Part shown: in pieces, positions 38,000 to 51,029 of the stretch
How positions within the stretch are numbered: the stretch's first letter is position 1
Layout: every line of letters starts with the position of its first letter
Assembly (NCBI GenBank): GCA_964016885.1
Contig: OZ024740.1
Coordinates: 257,796,001 to 257,860,000 of the forward strand
DNA: 64,000 bases
Source: Eledone cirrhosa
Taxonomy: Eukaryota
Reading direction: 5' to 3'
The notes under the pieces: model-generated
What the model was told of the DNA's origin: nothing
Database searches by the model: none
Seen by the model: only the letters and a program-made list of their open reading frames with translations
Program-made: the position numbers and the translations under genes

Positions 38000-40900
38000 T
38001 TTTTCTTCTTCTTTGCCGAGAAGAGGGTCGTGGGGATAGAGTCCTCAAACACTCCTTCCAGTGGGTCTTGTCAGAAGTAACCGTCTCTAACTGGTCCGAC
38101 TGGATCGCCAAGATTGACCAGCCAAGCTCATGGATGTTATCCAACCTACTTGCTCGAGGTCTGCCCTGGGTCTCCTGTCGGTTGGTTTTGCCCGTAAAAT
38201 ATATCCAGCGATTCTTTCCTGACACATTCTAACCCCATGCCCATAGTATCGGAGCTATCATCTCTCAATTCGGTGAAGTAGCAGGTCTACATTCAGTGAC
38301 TCTCTCCTGTCGAAGCTACACACTTTATCGAGTATAGTTACTCCAATGACTTTGCGGGGGAATTTCCATTTGGGCCGCATGTATTCTCGATAGTAATATT
38401 CGGTTATTACCACAGGTAACGGTAGGCACGAATACCTAATTGAAGATAGCGAGTCTTGTTTTTACGCCTACCTTCCTTCTGATTACTGAATGTTGAAGTT
38501 AACGGTTTCTGCACCAGTTCCTGCAATTATTGCACTTAATTCAGCTTCTTGCCTTGCAAAACTCCTGAAAACGGCTCTGTGATACTTGAACTTCTCTACT
38601 TGCTTCAGTAGAACTCCATTCACATATAGACTGTACTGCAAAGATTTCCCGGAGAGGATGTATGTCTCGGTTTTACGCAGCACTGATTTCATTCCAGCCA
38701 AACCTATCGAGAGCAAGTCAAAGAGCACCTTCTGTCCTGTTAAGTAACACCATGTCGTCCGCAAATTCCAGCCGATTGATCTTACACCCACGAATCATGT
38801 TACCACCTCCTGCCCGGCAACGCATGTCAATCCTGTTCATGTATATCATGAAAAGGAGAGGTGACAGTTCCCACTCTTGGTGTCGTCCAAATTCCTACAT
38901 TTAACGGTTTAGATTTAGCACCATTAATCCGAACACAAATACTGGAGCATTCGTATGAAGACATCAGGGCAAAAAGAAGCTGACCATCAATCCTATACTC
39001 CTGCACAGTCTTCCACAGCAGGTCCCGAGGGAGGAACACGGTCATATGCCTTTGCAAGTTCGACAAAAAAAGAGTATGACTTCTTGGCAATACTCCCACA
39101 GTTTCTTGAGCAGCTGCCACAGTATGAATATTTGATTGGCTGTGGTGCTTCCGGAGCAAAGAGCAAACTGCAATAGCTAGTTTTGGCTCAATAATCTCCC
39201 TGCATCTCTGCCATACACTTAACATAAACTTTACCGGGGAGGCTTAACAAGGAGGTCTTTGTGCAATTGGAACAATCTCACGTTTTGAAAATTAGCATTA
39301 TATTGCCATTGCTTAGTTGCCATTCCAGTGATCCACGACAACCTGCACACATGAGTCAGCCACAGAATACATTCTGTATTTAAAGCTTCTAACATTTCGG
39401 AGCGGATCTCATCATGCCCAGCGGCTTTGCCATATTTGATCTCTTTAACTGCTCTTGTGATCTCAGCCTCTGAGACATTAGTCACCGCTCCCAAATCTGA
39501 TGTGATTTGGTTTAGATCAGCAAAGTATTCTATCCACCACGTGAGGATGCACCTCTCTGAAGAGTGAAGAACCACAACCGCGTTCTTGATAGCATCAATG
39601 GAGGAGGGCTTCTTATTTCGAAGTCGGTGGATGGTCTGCCAAAACAATTTATTTGCTGATCGGAAATCAGATTCCAGTTTAACACAAAAGTCTTTCCATG
39701 TCTAAACTTTGGACGCTTTTACTGCCTCTGCTGCTATTTTACATGTCTGCTTGTACTGCAAGTGCTAGAAGGAGGATTTATTTCCAAGCATACTTTGTAA
39801 GCTTAGCTTCCTTCTTTGCTCGAATGGCATTTTGACCTCTTGTTTGCACCAAGAGGTGTTCCTGCCATCCAGTCTTTCACCCACAGCATTTAACAGTTGA
39901 ATTAGAAACTGCTGCACTGAACAATCTCCACTTTGAATTTGGATGCAAAGTATTTGCATTCCTAGTCCTGCTTTCCTTATCTGCCAATGCTTCCCACTTT
40001 ATCCTGTAGATTGCCCTGGACATGCCTGTTTGTGAACTTCTTTGGTTTTAGGTAGTCTCAAGTTGCAGATAACTAGATAGGGATCAGTTGACAGGTCATC
40101 TCCACTTTTATCACGAACATCCAGCGTAGAATCAAGGAGATCAGTGACAATAACAAAATCAAATATTGATTAGTGTCCCCTATTCCTTTTATACCATGTA
40201 TATGTATGGATGTCTTTGTGTTGGAAGAAGGTGTTCATAATAGAGAGTCCATTCCTAGAACAGAGGTTTAGTAAGGCCTCTCCTTTCGTATTTAGATCGG
40301 GCTAACCATTCCTTCCAATCATTCCTTTGCATGTCAGTTCGTCAGTGCCAACATATGCATTGAAGTCTTCCATCAGGATATATGACGGCGTCTTAACTAC
40401 ATCTAACACTGCAGTGACTTCACCAAGGAAGGAACTGTATTCAGACCCCTTTTTGGGGCATAAACTTTCACTACACACAGAGACCTATCGTTCAGCCTAA
40501 GCTTCAAGAGCAAATCCTCCCTCCTAACGGGATTCAGTCCGTAACACATACTGACAGCCGGAGAATTGTGTGTATCCTCACTCCTACCTGTGCAGTCATT
40601 TCTACTGTCACATCTGATTAGTGAATGTCCAGCCTCTATCCAAATCTACAGTATCAGAGACACAGAACTTTGTTGAGGAAACACGACTATATCTAGCCGG
40701 TAGAATCTAGCCTCCTCCATCATAGTGCAGTTTCAGTTTCAGTGATCTTATTCGCGCCAGTCACCAATCTGGTACTTTGTCAGACTCGGGAGGACTAGAT
40801 CTTTTTAGATTTTAGATTTTAGATTTTCTTTTCTTGCCTCGTCGTAGATACACCACTTGGTTGTGAAATTTTAGGGGGAGTGACATGTGTCACCCAGTGC

Positions 40901-41040
40901 GCCATCTCCCCTAGTAGTTTACCGCTGTTGGTTCAGGGTTGCTTATTCGTCCGGCTTCAAGGTTGTTTATATTGCAACTAACGATTACATCTGATGGCCT
41001 TATCGCTATCCGCCACCTGCGACCCGTTCTCTTGCAGAAC
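38000..41040 (-). mobile_element. Near full-length decayed RTE-clade LINE (APE endonuclease + RT)
   Basis: FWQTIHRLR, EITRAVKEIKYGKAAGHDEIRSEML, CVRINGAKSK, LKQVEKFKY; APE-like region 40000-40750; AAG-type 3' tail at ~38000. Confidence 0.85.
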
Positions 41041-43859
41041 AGCTCTGCTATCCACATAGATGAAAGATAAATTTTGCTGCAGCGAGAATCGTGCTCACTG
41101 AGAGAGATAAATAAGGATTTCTAGCGTAGGTACAATATTACAAATTAAGCAGTGTAACATGAGATAACATCCTACTTAGAACAGGAATATTTTATTAGTC
41201 CTGAAAGGATGAAATACAATGTTAACACCGGTGGGAATTGAATTCACTATGGTTGTAACATTTTGATTTCTAACAATGGCACATAACGGCAATATACTAC
41301 ACAAGGAGTTGATGCAAGTACTTAACAGCTAGTTTAGTTTAATGAACCCAGAAAATTGAATGGTAACGTTGACATAGGAGCTTGCTAGAAATAGCAACAC
41401 TCTGATTTTGAATCCAAGCGAAATCAACGTCGTCTTTCATTCTTTCGGAGTCGATAAAGTAAAAATACTTATCTACCATAGTGGACGGTTCAATTATTAC
41501 AGCATTGAAAGAAATGTATTTTCATGTTTGTTCTAGCTCTTGGTCATCTGACTTCGAATGCTGTTGTGGCCGACATTACTCTATCCGTCGCCTCGTTTAA
41601 CATAACCACCTAGCCCATAGTTGTCTTTAGCAGTGTTCAGTTTGCTGCAATCATCCAGACCAAGTCCTCAGTTAAAGTATGCCATCCTTCCATCTTCACG
41701 TCTAGAAGGCACTGAATATGTACATGAGCATTTCACTACCATCTCTGACTAAATAGTAAAAAGAAAGATCTAGTGACAAATACATTATATTTGAAACGAA
41801 ATAAAAAAAATCTGTTATGCATGAATGTGTCTAAAAAGAGGTTTACCCATATAGCGACAGTTTGGTGATATACAACAACTAACGCAGTAAAATTGTGATT
41901 TAACTCGTAAACAGAGATAAATTTGGACGTATGTATCATACCTGAAAATCGAACACCATGAGATGAATAGTACAATATTGAAAATCAATCTGTGAGAGAC
42001 ATGAACACACAGCGTAAGGAGACATACCTATACATTAAAAGATATCTTGTCCGATACTCCATCTATTATTATATCCTAGAATGTTCAGTCAACATGATAA
42101 ATATTAAACAAAAATATTAAACCTTTTGCTACTAAACCGACTGAAGCTGTTCCTGGTTCTATGATACGATATTTATTTTTACAGCGTTTACCATTATCTA
42201 AAACTTTCCAATATATAAAACTTTCCATTATCTAAAACTTTCCATCAAGATTCCACGTAAGAACTTTTAACATCAGCTTAATAATTGAAATGTTAGTTAT
42301 ATTACCACATCCATCCAAATTCTTGATTATTTTCAGAATTATTTGAAAATTCTAGGCCGTGTCTACTATTAGAAATATGGTAACGAATGAAGTAAAGTGT
42401 TATATTTTTACCAAAAACATTCCTTCGTAATTTCATGTAAGAACATTTGTTAAAAACATCAACACAATGAAAGAAATTGTTATATTACTAAATTCCTTCT
42501 AATTCTAGTCTATTTTCGATATTATTTGAAAAAGATGGCAGCGTCTTTCATTAGAAATAGGGTCTACAAGCACATCAGGCCGGATAATTGATTAAGAAAA
42601 CATGAATCACCCATGAATAAGATGCTAATCAATCGTAGGACTAACCTCTCAGCTACTGTTACTATTCACGTTTTTTTTCATTTTTTTCAGCTGAGTCGAC
42701 TGGACAAACATGAAAGGAATTGCTTTAGTGAAAAAAACAAAAACACACTGACAGGTTCTGGAATTGAAACATCATCCTTGGGATTATAAGCACCACACCT
42801 CTAACAACAACGCCGCCTTCCTTCAAAGTATAAAGACATCTAAACAAAAGAATTTTGAACGTAAATATATAGCAAAAGGAAGAATGTTAAGTTCATCTGT
42901 TTGTCTTTAGGATAATTTCCTGCTTGTCTCATCTCATGGCATTCTTCTCTGTTTTATCTATCCATTGCTCTGCTTCTAATTCTGACAATCATGCTACCCA
43001 TATTCACACCCCGTACTTCGTTATTTCTACACAATGCTATATAACTATCTGTTTAGTATTCTAGGCTCGTAGCCTAGCGAACATGGCTTAGGACTCGGAA
43101 TGTCGTGGTTTCGATACCGTGACCGGGCATCGCGTTGTGTTTATGAGAAGATTGCTATATATCCCGATGCACAATTTCTTTAGAGGTTACGAGTAGAGAT
43201 GTCACATGTGACACGTTCTCTAGTGGTAACCTGGTATGTTCTGCTATCAATCTAGTCTTCACTGATTGTCAGGCCGGAAAGGGCAAACTGTCAAAGAATC
43301 AGCCGCTCTCTGGTTGTTAAGTCTGTGGCAGTGGAGACTTCCAGCATTCTTGACCCCACCCCCGACCATATCACTAATCATTGCTATCGGGGCGGGGAGT
43401 TGGGTACCCGCAATTGCGAGCCCCGTTGCGATCCTTGTCTTATCAAAAACATAAGCGACAATGACATCACAAATGGAAAAATAGTAAATTTCACATGAAA
43501 AAACATTTGAAAAGGTACGTGTGTGTTTGTGTGTGTGTGTGGTGTATGTAAAAGATAAACAGAAATAACAACGCAAACGACAGGGTACATTATATACATG
43601 ATCCTCTGTTCTTAATAAGTGTGACGGCCATGAAAGTGCTAAGTGCTGATCATGGAACACCCCACCTTCTTCATAGTAACACAGGGCTTAGAAAGTCTTA
43701 ATCACTACAACAGCCACCCGTCTACGCATAAAAATCCGGCTATGAAAGCGCCACTCACTAGACCAGCCACTTCCACCTTATAAACACCCGGGACATTTTA
43801 ACATGTGGTTAATGATAAATTATTCACAATTTCCTCGGCAATTTACTTTGTAGAGTCAT

Positions 43860-44160
43860 ACTCAACCCGTTTATAGATAGGTGGGTGTTGGTTTGGTGGT
43901 GCTGATGGCTGTAGGAGGTAGTGGTAGTGTTGGGGGTGTTGGAGGTGGTGGTGGTGGTGTTGGAGATGGTAGTAGTGGTTGTGGTAATGGTGGTAGTGGG
44001 GGTAACGGGGTGGTAATTGTAATGGTGGAGGTGTTGGTGTTGGTGGTGATGGTGCTTGTAGTGATATTGACAAGAAGGAGGATGAGGACGTTAATGATGA
44101 TGATTGATGAGAAGGAGGAAGAGGAGGATAGAAAAATGATCAATAAAACGAAATAGAAGA
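43860..44160. repeat. GGT/GAG-rich low-complexity tract
   Basis: Directly visible. Confidence 0.85.
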
Positions 44161-44167
44161 CGAAATA

Positions 44168-44203
<36 letters not shown>

Positions 44204-44309
44204 TAAACGGAAAAGAAAATGCTGACAAACTGTTTCACTGTGAATTTGTCAGCATTTTCTTTTCCATTTACCAATATATCATAACTTGTGTGTTACACCT
44301 CTATTCTTT

Positions 44310-44348
<39 letters not shown>

Positions 44349-44357
44349 CTTGTTCCT

Positions 44358-44408
<51 letters not shown>

Positions 44409-44673
44409 AACAAGTAAGACCCCGACGGCAAAGCTCAGGCCGTTTCGGTGTCTTACTTATTCCTATTACCCAATCTACTACCCTAAGTATTGAGTACTTT
44501 GGTACGTTATGGTCCATCTGGTTCCTTACCACAACTCCTTCGCTATATAAATGTATATATATATATATATCAACTGGAAATAGATTGTCATATATATATA
44601 TAAAATAAAAACATGAAAACCCTTAATTTTAATTTTGAATATATATATATATTTTGGAATATATATATATATA

Positions 44674-45451
44674 TTTCGGCTGTGCGAATGATTTTAGGCA
44701 TCGTCTCTATGTGTTGGTATTTTAACGATAGTTATAGCTCTGGTTTATCCAAACTATTGAGCCCTCTGACACACATGTCGAAGATTGTTTATCGTTATTT
44801 CGTAGGCCGAGATACTGATTCTCGATTATTTACTTGTATTAATCTCCAGGCTTTAGCTATTGACCAGTTAATTTTATTGATTTTTTAGTTGATCTTATTG
44901 ACTGATGAATAGCTCTTATTTATTTTAATACGTCTGTTGAGAACTCTTATTCGATATGTGATTTTTTGTATTCTTACAAAATTTACACTTTACTGAATTC
45001 TTTCGCCAAATATAGGGGTTCCCTCCCTTGCTGGACTACACGTGCGTTCAGTAACGGGTCGCCCTGTATTTTTGAACGAAACATCCGCTGAGAAAGCAGT
45101 TTCCTCGTTCGTCTCTTTACTAGAAGTCAGATATATTTTTTTATGTGGGCTGACAGTAATTGATTAAGGAACTGCAGAAACCAAAAAAGCTAGAATTTAA
45201 CATCCTTCTAGCGGGTCCGGGTGAGTTTTTACATTAATTTAATTTATTAATTTATTAATTTATTATTTGAGTGACCCGAATTTTCCTGGCCGTTTTTTCG
45301 GCTGTGCGAATGATTTTAGGCCTCGTCTCTATGTTTTGGTATTTTAACGATAGTTATAGCTCTGGTTTATCCAAACTATTGAGCCCTCTGCCACACATGT
45401 CGAAGATTGTTTATCGTTATTTCGTGGGCCGAGATTCTGATTCTCGATTAT
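44674..45451. repeat. Partial tandem: 156-bp direct terminal repeats, 622-bp period, flanked by (TA)n
   Basis: 44674-44829 repeated at 45296-45451. Confidence 0.85.
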
Positions 45452-45461
45452 ATATATATAA

Positions 45462-45786
45462 TAAATGTAATATGGGTTTTTCCAATATTAATAATAATAT
45501 TCGATTCGTTTTCAATTATGCAAACAAGTCTCATTTTTAAAGCCATGTCAGTAGAATGAACCCTTCATTCTTGCTCTGGTGTTGGCGTGTAAACAGAATT
45601 GCAGATGCTAATGTTTCTCGGTTTCACCCTTCATCAGTAAAGCTCAATGTTCACTTGCCAACTGTCAGAGCTAGTGAAAATATATGCTATTTTTTTAAAT
45701 ACTAATCGGCCCAATTTGCATATCAGCAGACTGGCCAGTCAGTTTCCTGTGTACGAGCGATCAATGGACGGCTTTGCCACATTCAA
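45462..45786 (-). mobile_element. Solo copy of the ~330-bp HHR unit (degenerate HHR at ~45580-45662)
   Basis: Reverse complement of 32230-32557; CTGATGA-AGGGTGAAACCGA-GAAA-CATTAGCATC. Confidence 0.8.
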
Positions 45787-45974
45787 ATAATATATATATA
45801 TATATATATATATATGATGAGGAATAAGGCAAAGAAAGCCAGAGAGAAAGAAGGAATGACAGAGAGAAGGAGAGAGAGAAGGAATGGTGGGAAAGAGATA
45901 GAGAAAGGGTGATAGAGAAAGAAGGGATGACAGAATGACAGAGAGAGAGGATGAGAGAGAAAGAAAGAATGTCT

Positions 45975-46016
<42 letters not shown>

Positions 46017-46074
46017 AAGAGAGAGAGAGAGAGTTAAAATATCTGGAAAATGTAACAAGTAAGCAATAGGGAAT

Positions 46075-48597
46075 AACAATAATAATGATATCTTTATATT
46101 TGGCAGAAGGGCCAACAAAAAGGGGACAATACAATAGACAGGGACAGTGGGATTTACACTGAAATAAAGTAGAAACGAATTAACAAACAAATAATTGTTT
46201 CTACTTTAGGCACAAGGCCAGCAATTACCCAGTGCATTACTGGTACTTTATTTTATCGACCCCCGTAAGGATGAAAAGCAAAGTCAACCGTGGCGGCATT
46301 TGAATTCAGATCGTAAAGGGACGTAACTATGCTGGAAAGCATGGCGTACGACCCTCTACCGATACTGCCAATCCGCGAAACAAATAATAAGTGAATTACA
46401 ACAACGAAAATTCGCCAATAGGACCTCCCAAGAGTGACGTAGGAACCTCAGAAATCCTAAAGCACACGACGCTGGAAGAGCACTTTACGAGGGCGCCACT
46501 CTCCTCTTTAAATCAGTCAGCCTACAGTCGCATGCTCAAAGTAGGCCCATTCACACAGGCCGTTCTTGCAACACTAACCAACCTTTAGCAAATGTACTGG
46601 TGTGGGGGGGGGGGGGGGGGCGGATGGATTGGTCGAAGAGAAAAGTGTCTGTCTTCAGTCCCTTCAACCTGGTCCATCACACAAACTCTTTCGCTACTGT
46701 CACCAGACAGAGGAAAACTGTTTGTCTTACCTGGCCAAAAGAAGGCAGCGGATCGATCTTCACTATGGACTCGGCCGATAGCTGGATCTACAAGCGACAA
46801 CAGCCGTTCGACATAATTCCACAAGTCAATAATGTACGGACACTGGATGAGAGCGTGCAGAACTGTTTCGTCGATCTGTACGCATCTCTGACAAGTCCAT
46901 CTGACAGCACTTCCGTTCCTGCAGAGTTTATCTCGAATCAGCATTTTCGACAGGTAGCTCGAAAGCTGTCTAGAAGAGATTGATCAGTTAAGTATCGCTG
47001 GTGCCCAGAGTGTTTCCTAGAGAATCGTAGCACTTGCCCACAAATCCCTCCATAGTATTCTAAAGTGGAAGTTCCCCAAAGAACAATTCCTGCCTAGTGG
47101 AGGGCAGTGACCGTCTGGCAACATTCCAGATGCCAGGCACCTAGTCTCGGTCTCTTCTTGATCCCTCGCTGTAACTCAGTCAAAGAGACGAGATACGGAA
47201 AGCACTGTCTCACAAACGACGACCACAGCTGTTTACCGTTTAAGAATATCACAAGATGGCGTGGCCTTTTCGGATCATTAACCACAACATGCATAGTGCA
47301 CCGCTTAGATGGTGCTGGCAGCAGATGCCCCCCTCACCGATCGAACCTGTCCCTTCCACAAAAAGCGGGAGAGCAGACGTTCCAAATTGGTGCGGTGTGA
47401 TCGGGGGTAACGAACGTCGGCCAGCCTGTAGTAGATGACGGAAGCGATGTACACCTTTCCCACCCGACCTTTTAGGGATAGCTTAATCTCGGCCGATTTC
47501 TGAGTGAGTGTGGCCACCCTGTACGTTACCTCATCCCATTTCTTATCCACCTGGAGATCTATTCCGAATCAGACCCAGAGCAGTTTTACCTGTCCGCCCG
47601 TCTTGTGCCAGGCGACGCTGTTGTATGGCATGGATTTGCCTCTCCGGGTACGAGCTGGAAACGCTCCGACATTTCCAGACTCAATTTTCCTCCCGTCAAC
47701 CTTCCATATTATTCTAAGGAGGTGCCAACCACCTCGATATCCGAGGTGTTCGACACCATCACCGTGATGTCGTCCGCATATGCCGACACAGTCTTGCCAC
47801 GCCCTGGTTCGAGCGGAACGCTCTGCAATAGCTCGAACTTTCGTACTAATGGATCGTGAGTCAATACATACAGAAGGGAGATGAGTTGGCACACTTGACG
47901 GACCGATCACGTGATCTAAAACGCTTCCGAAAGGTGACCATTTACTTTACCCACTATGCAGATCCAGCTATGAATTGCAGCAATCCAGCCTCTAATGATG
48001 GGACTGAAGCAAGCTACCTTGAGGACAGCCTCCAGTTATCGATGGTCAAACCTACCGAAAAATTTCGATTGATCTAAATTGATCAGAGCCCCACCGAAGC
48101 CAGGTTTAGACCCTACCCCCTCTATGGTGTATCGCATGTGGTGGGGGTTGTCATGTATGGACCTAGTAGGGATTACGCAAATTTGACCCCAGACCCTAAA
48201 CGACAAGAACATGGAGATAGGAATTACAATCTGCCACCATCTCCGAAACCCCGTCGTTCCCCCGAACAGTCGAGCAAAATGCTGGCGAAAGGCAGCACAT
48301 ATCTGACTGTAATCGTTCAGCTCGCTTTTTTTCGGTCCATTAAGAACTGAATCGTGGCTTTGTTATCACACTGCGCCTCCGCGAACAGCTTTCATTCCCT
48401 CGTTTCTTAGAGCATGAGCCTTAGATATGTTTATGCAATCTTCGTGTTTCGCATTGAAGAAACGGTACAATGCCATTCTCACCGTTAGCACGTCAGCTGC
48501 AATTCCAGTTCGCATCGCCTCGTCTAATTAAGCTACTAGATACCCCCCTTTCTATTTATTTCTAGCACTACTTATTTACTAAGCCTATTGACATTAA

Positions 48598-48685
<88 letters not shown>

Positions 48686-51000
48686 TCTCTCTGAAGAGCC
48701 CCCACCATTAACCATGTCTAACATGCGTGTCCTATCTAGGTCTATGCAGATCACACATTTTAATCTGAATAGGTGACCGTTTGAAAATGTAGGCAACCTA
48801 TGCTATCCTTATCTACTGACTTCATAAAAGTCATATCTATATACGATCTAGATGACCCTCTGCAGTTGGTCCAGGTCCACACTAGCGTATTAGGGTGGTC
48901 TAGGTGGTACCTGTCAGACAGTTGGAACTGGCTGATCAGATAATTTACGTTTTTGCACCCGCTGCTCCTATCAGCTACCCCCACACAATCCCAGCGTGCG
49001 TCTAGATGCCATTCCGGTCTCCCGCTTACAGTAAAGGGTGAGTCGTTCCATAAAGGCTTCCATGCGCCTATATTAATCCGACCGCCCAGCCCCGGTCGGG
49101 GCGCAGACGGCCACAATTCTGAATGTACCACCTTCCCTATTGTTCACCTCCAGGACCACCAACTTACCACCCGGTCCCAGGAACATCGATCTCACCTCAA
49201 GATCCAGGCCTTTCGTAAACAACACTGCCAACCCACCTCCCATTCCCAGCCGACTAAGAGATACGTAAATCCGAAAATGTGGGTTAGTCGGTCGGAAATC
49301 CTGGTCTCGCTGACGGCAATCGATCCATATCTAGTGACATGCGATCGTTCAGCAAGTGACCTATCTTACAGAACGACCCCAGTCCGCGAACATTTAAACA
49401 TCCTGCTCATACGATGGTCAGGTTGGGCGGTTGACCTAGTGAGAAAAAGGTCTACTTACATCCCCGGGGCTAGTGGAGTTCGGGTGTTTCCACCTCTATA
49501 TTTGGTGGGTTTCCTTTTGGGAACTCCTTAAGCACTCTGCCTGTTGGCCTACCATTTGGGGGTCCCATGTCACGTGGCATACATAATGCCTTTGTAGGTA
49601 TCTTCTGGTACGTGAAATGTGCTCGTACTATATATTTCCCCCTCTTTCTCCATTTCTTATTTTCGTGCTATGAGGGCCGCCAATTACTCGTTGGCACTTC
49701 TTATTAACACGAAGACTTGTGTGCTTTGTTGTTTTCATGGTTGCACTTGTTTGAGTTTGGGTGATTGTAACGGTGATAGTATTGTTGATGTTGTCGTAGA
49801 TATCTCTGTTTGATTGTCAGTGTTGTGTCTGCGGTTTTAGTTGTTTGTGTGTGGGGGATGTTTGCAGTTTTCTTTTTTCTGTTTGCGTATTTTCTTGTTG
49901 TCTCCTTTGTTTGTCCCTCGTCTTCGTTACTAGCAGATGAGGATTTTGTTTAATTTTCTGATGTTTGTTTCTGTTTGTCTATATGGTTATGTGTCTATTT
50001 GTATCGGGAGGAGTTGGATAGCTTACTCCATTTTTCCGCTGGGGTGGTTTTGATGATGGTGGTGGTTCAACTGGTGTTGCTGGCGTTGGTCGTACTATCG
50101 GTGCTGGGGGCGGTGGTTCTGGTGCTTTACTTCCCGGCACTGCTGTTTGCAGCAACAGGGACTTACGCCCCACCCCAGGCATATTTGAACTAAGGGCAGA
50201 AGGATAGTAGATGTGTTGCTTCGCGGCTGACGAAGCAGTGTAGTTTTCTGACCTAAGTGATCAATTTTATGGTGAACCGGTCCAGAAGGCGCAGATGGTT
50301 CTGATTCTCTTCAGTTCGTCCGGTTTGATTTGGAGAAGAATATCTAAATTTATCCCGAACCAGTACTCTCAAGTACTCCTTACGTCTATGAGGGTAATAT
50401 CGGTACCCTCCTCAACTTTTCATCACAGGTACTACCATAGATTCAGTCCTGATTGGATCTTTGTATGCGGACATTTACTTTTCTCTTGCCCCCGTTGGCC
50501 GGGTACATCACTATACGATCCATTCTACAGAGGCCCACCGTCCGTTTAATATTAAGGACCTCGGTTTTGAACACCACCGAAATAGTGCCGAACTCTCTGG
50601 CACTTGCTCTGTACTCTATGTCATTGTTTATGCATTGCAGTGCAGCTTCCACTTCGGCTTGCGTGCTTAGTTCCGCTTTGCCGGTCTACACAGATCTGTA
50701 TCAATATATCAAGGTTCTCCTCTTCGTTGCTACCATTGCTTCATCCGGGATTGTTAGCTTGACTCAAGTTCTTTCTCACTTCGCCTTGGCGAAATATACC
50801 TCCCAATCCGAAATATCTACCTGAAAAAATTCCTTTGTTCCTGCAAAGATGCGTAAGACTTGTTGTTATACGTTCGTTTTTTTGTTGTTGTTGTTGCTGC
50901 TGTTGCTGGGGCTTATGGTGTCGTTGTTTATATTGTTGTATTTGTTGATGATATTGTCGTTTCTGCTTCTGTAGTGCTGGTTTTCTTCGTGGTGGCGGTG
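46075..51000 (-). mobile_element. Decayed, nearly full-length Tx1/L1-clade LINE (ORF1-like region, APE, RT, 3' UTR)
   Basis: WTWTN..SRSYID (APE), LISLLYVLTHDPL, TVSAYADDITV (RT), CQRC..IDETVLHALIQC; 3' UTR homologous to 37800-37940; interrupted by a SINE and (CT)n. Confidence 0.78.
46196..46377 (-). mobile_element. tRNA-derived SINE with target-site duplication
   Basis: AAACAAATAAT at 46185-46195 and 46378-46388. Confidence 0.9.
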
Positions 51001-51029
51001 GGGGTGGTTTCACCCAGTTCAATCAATAC

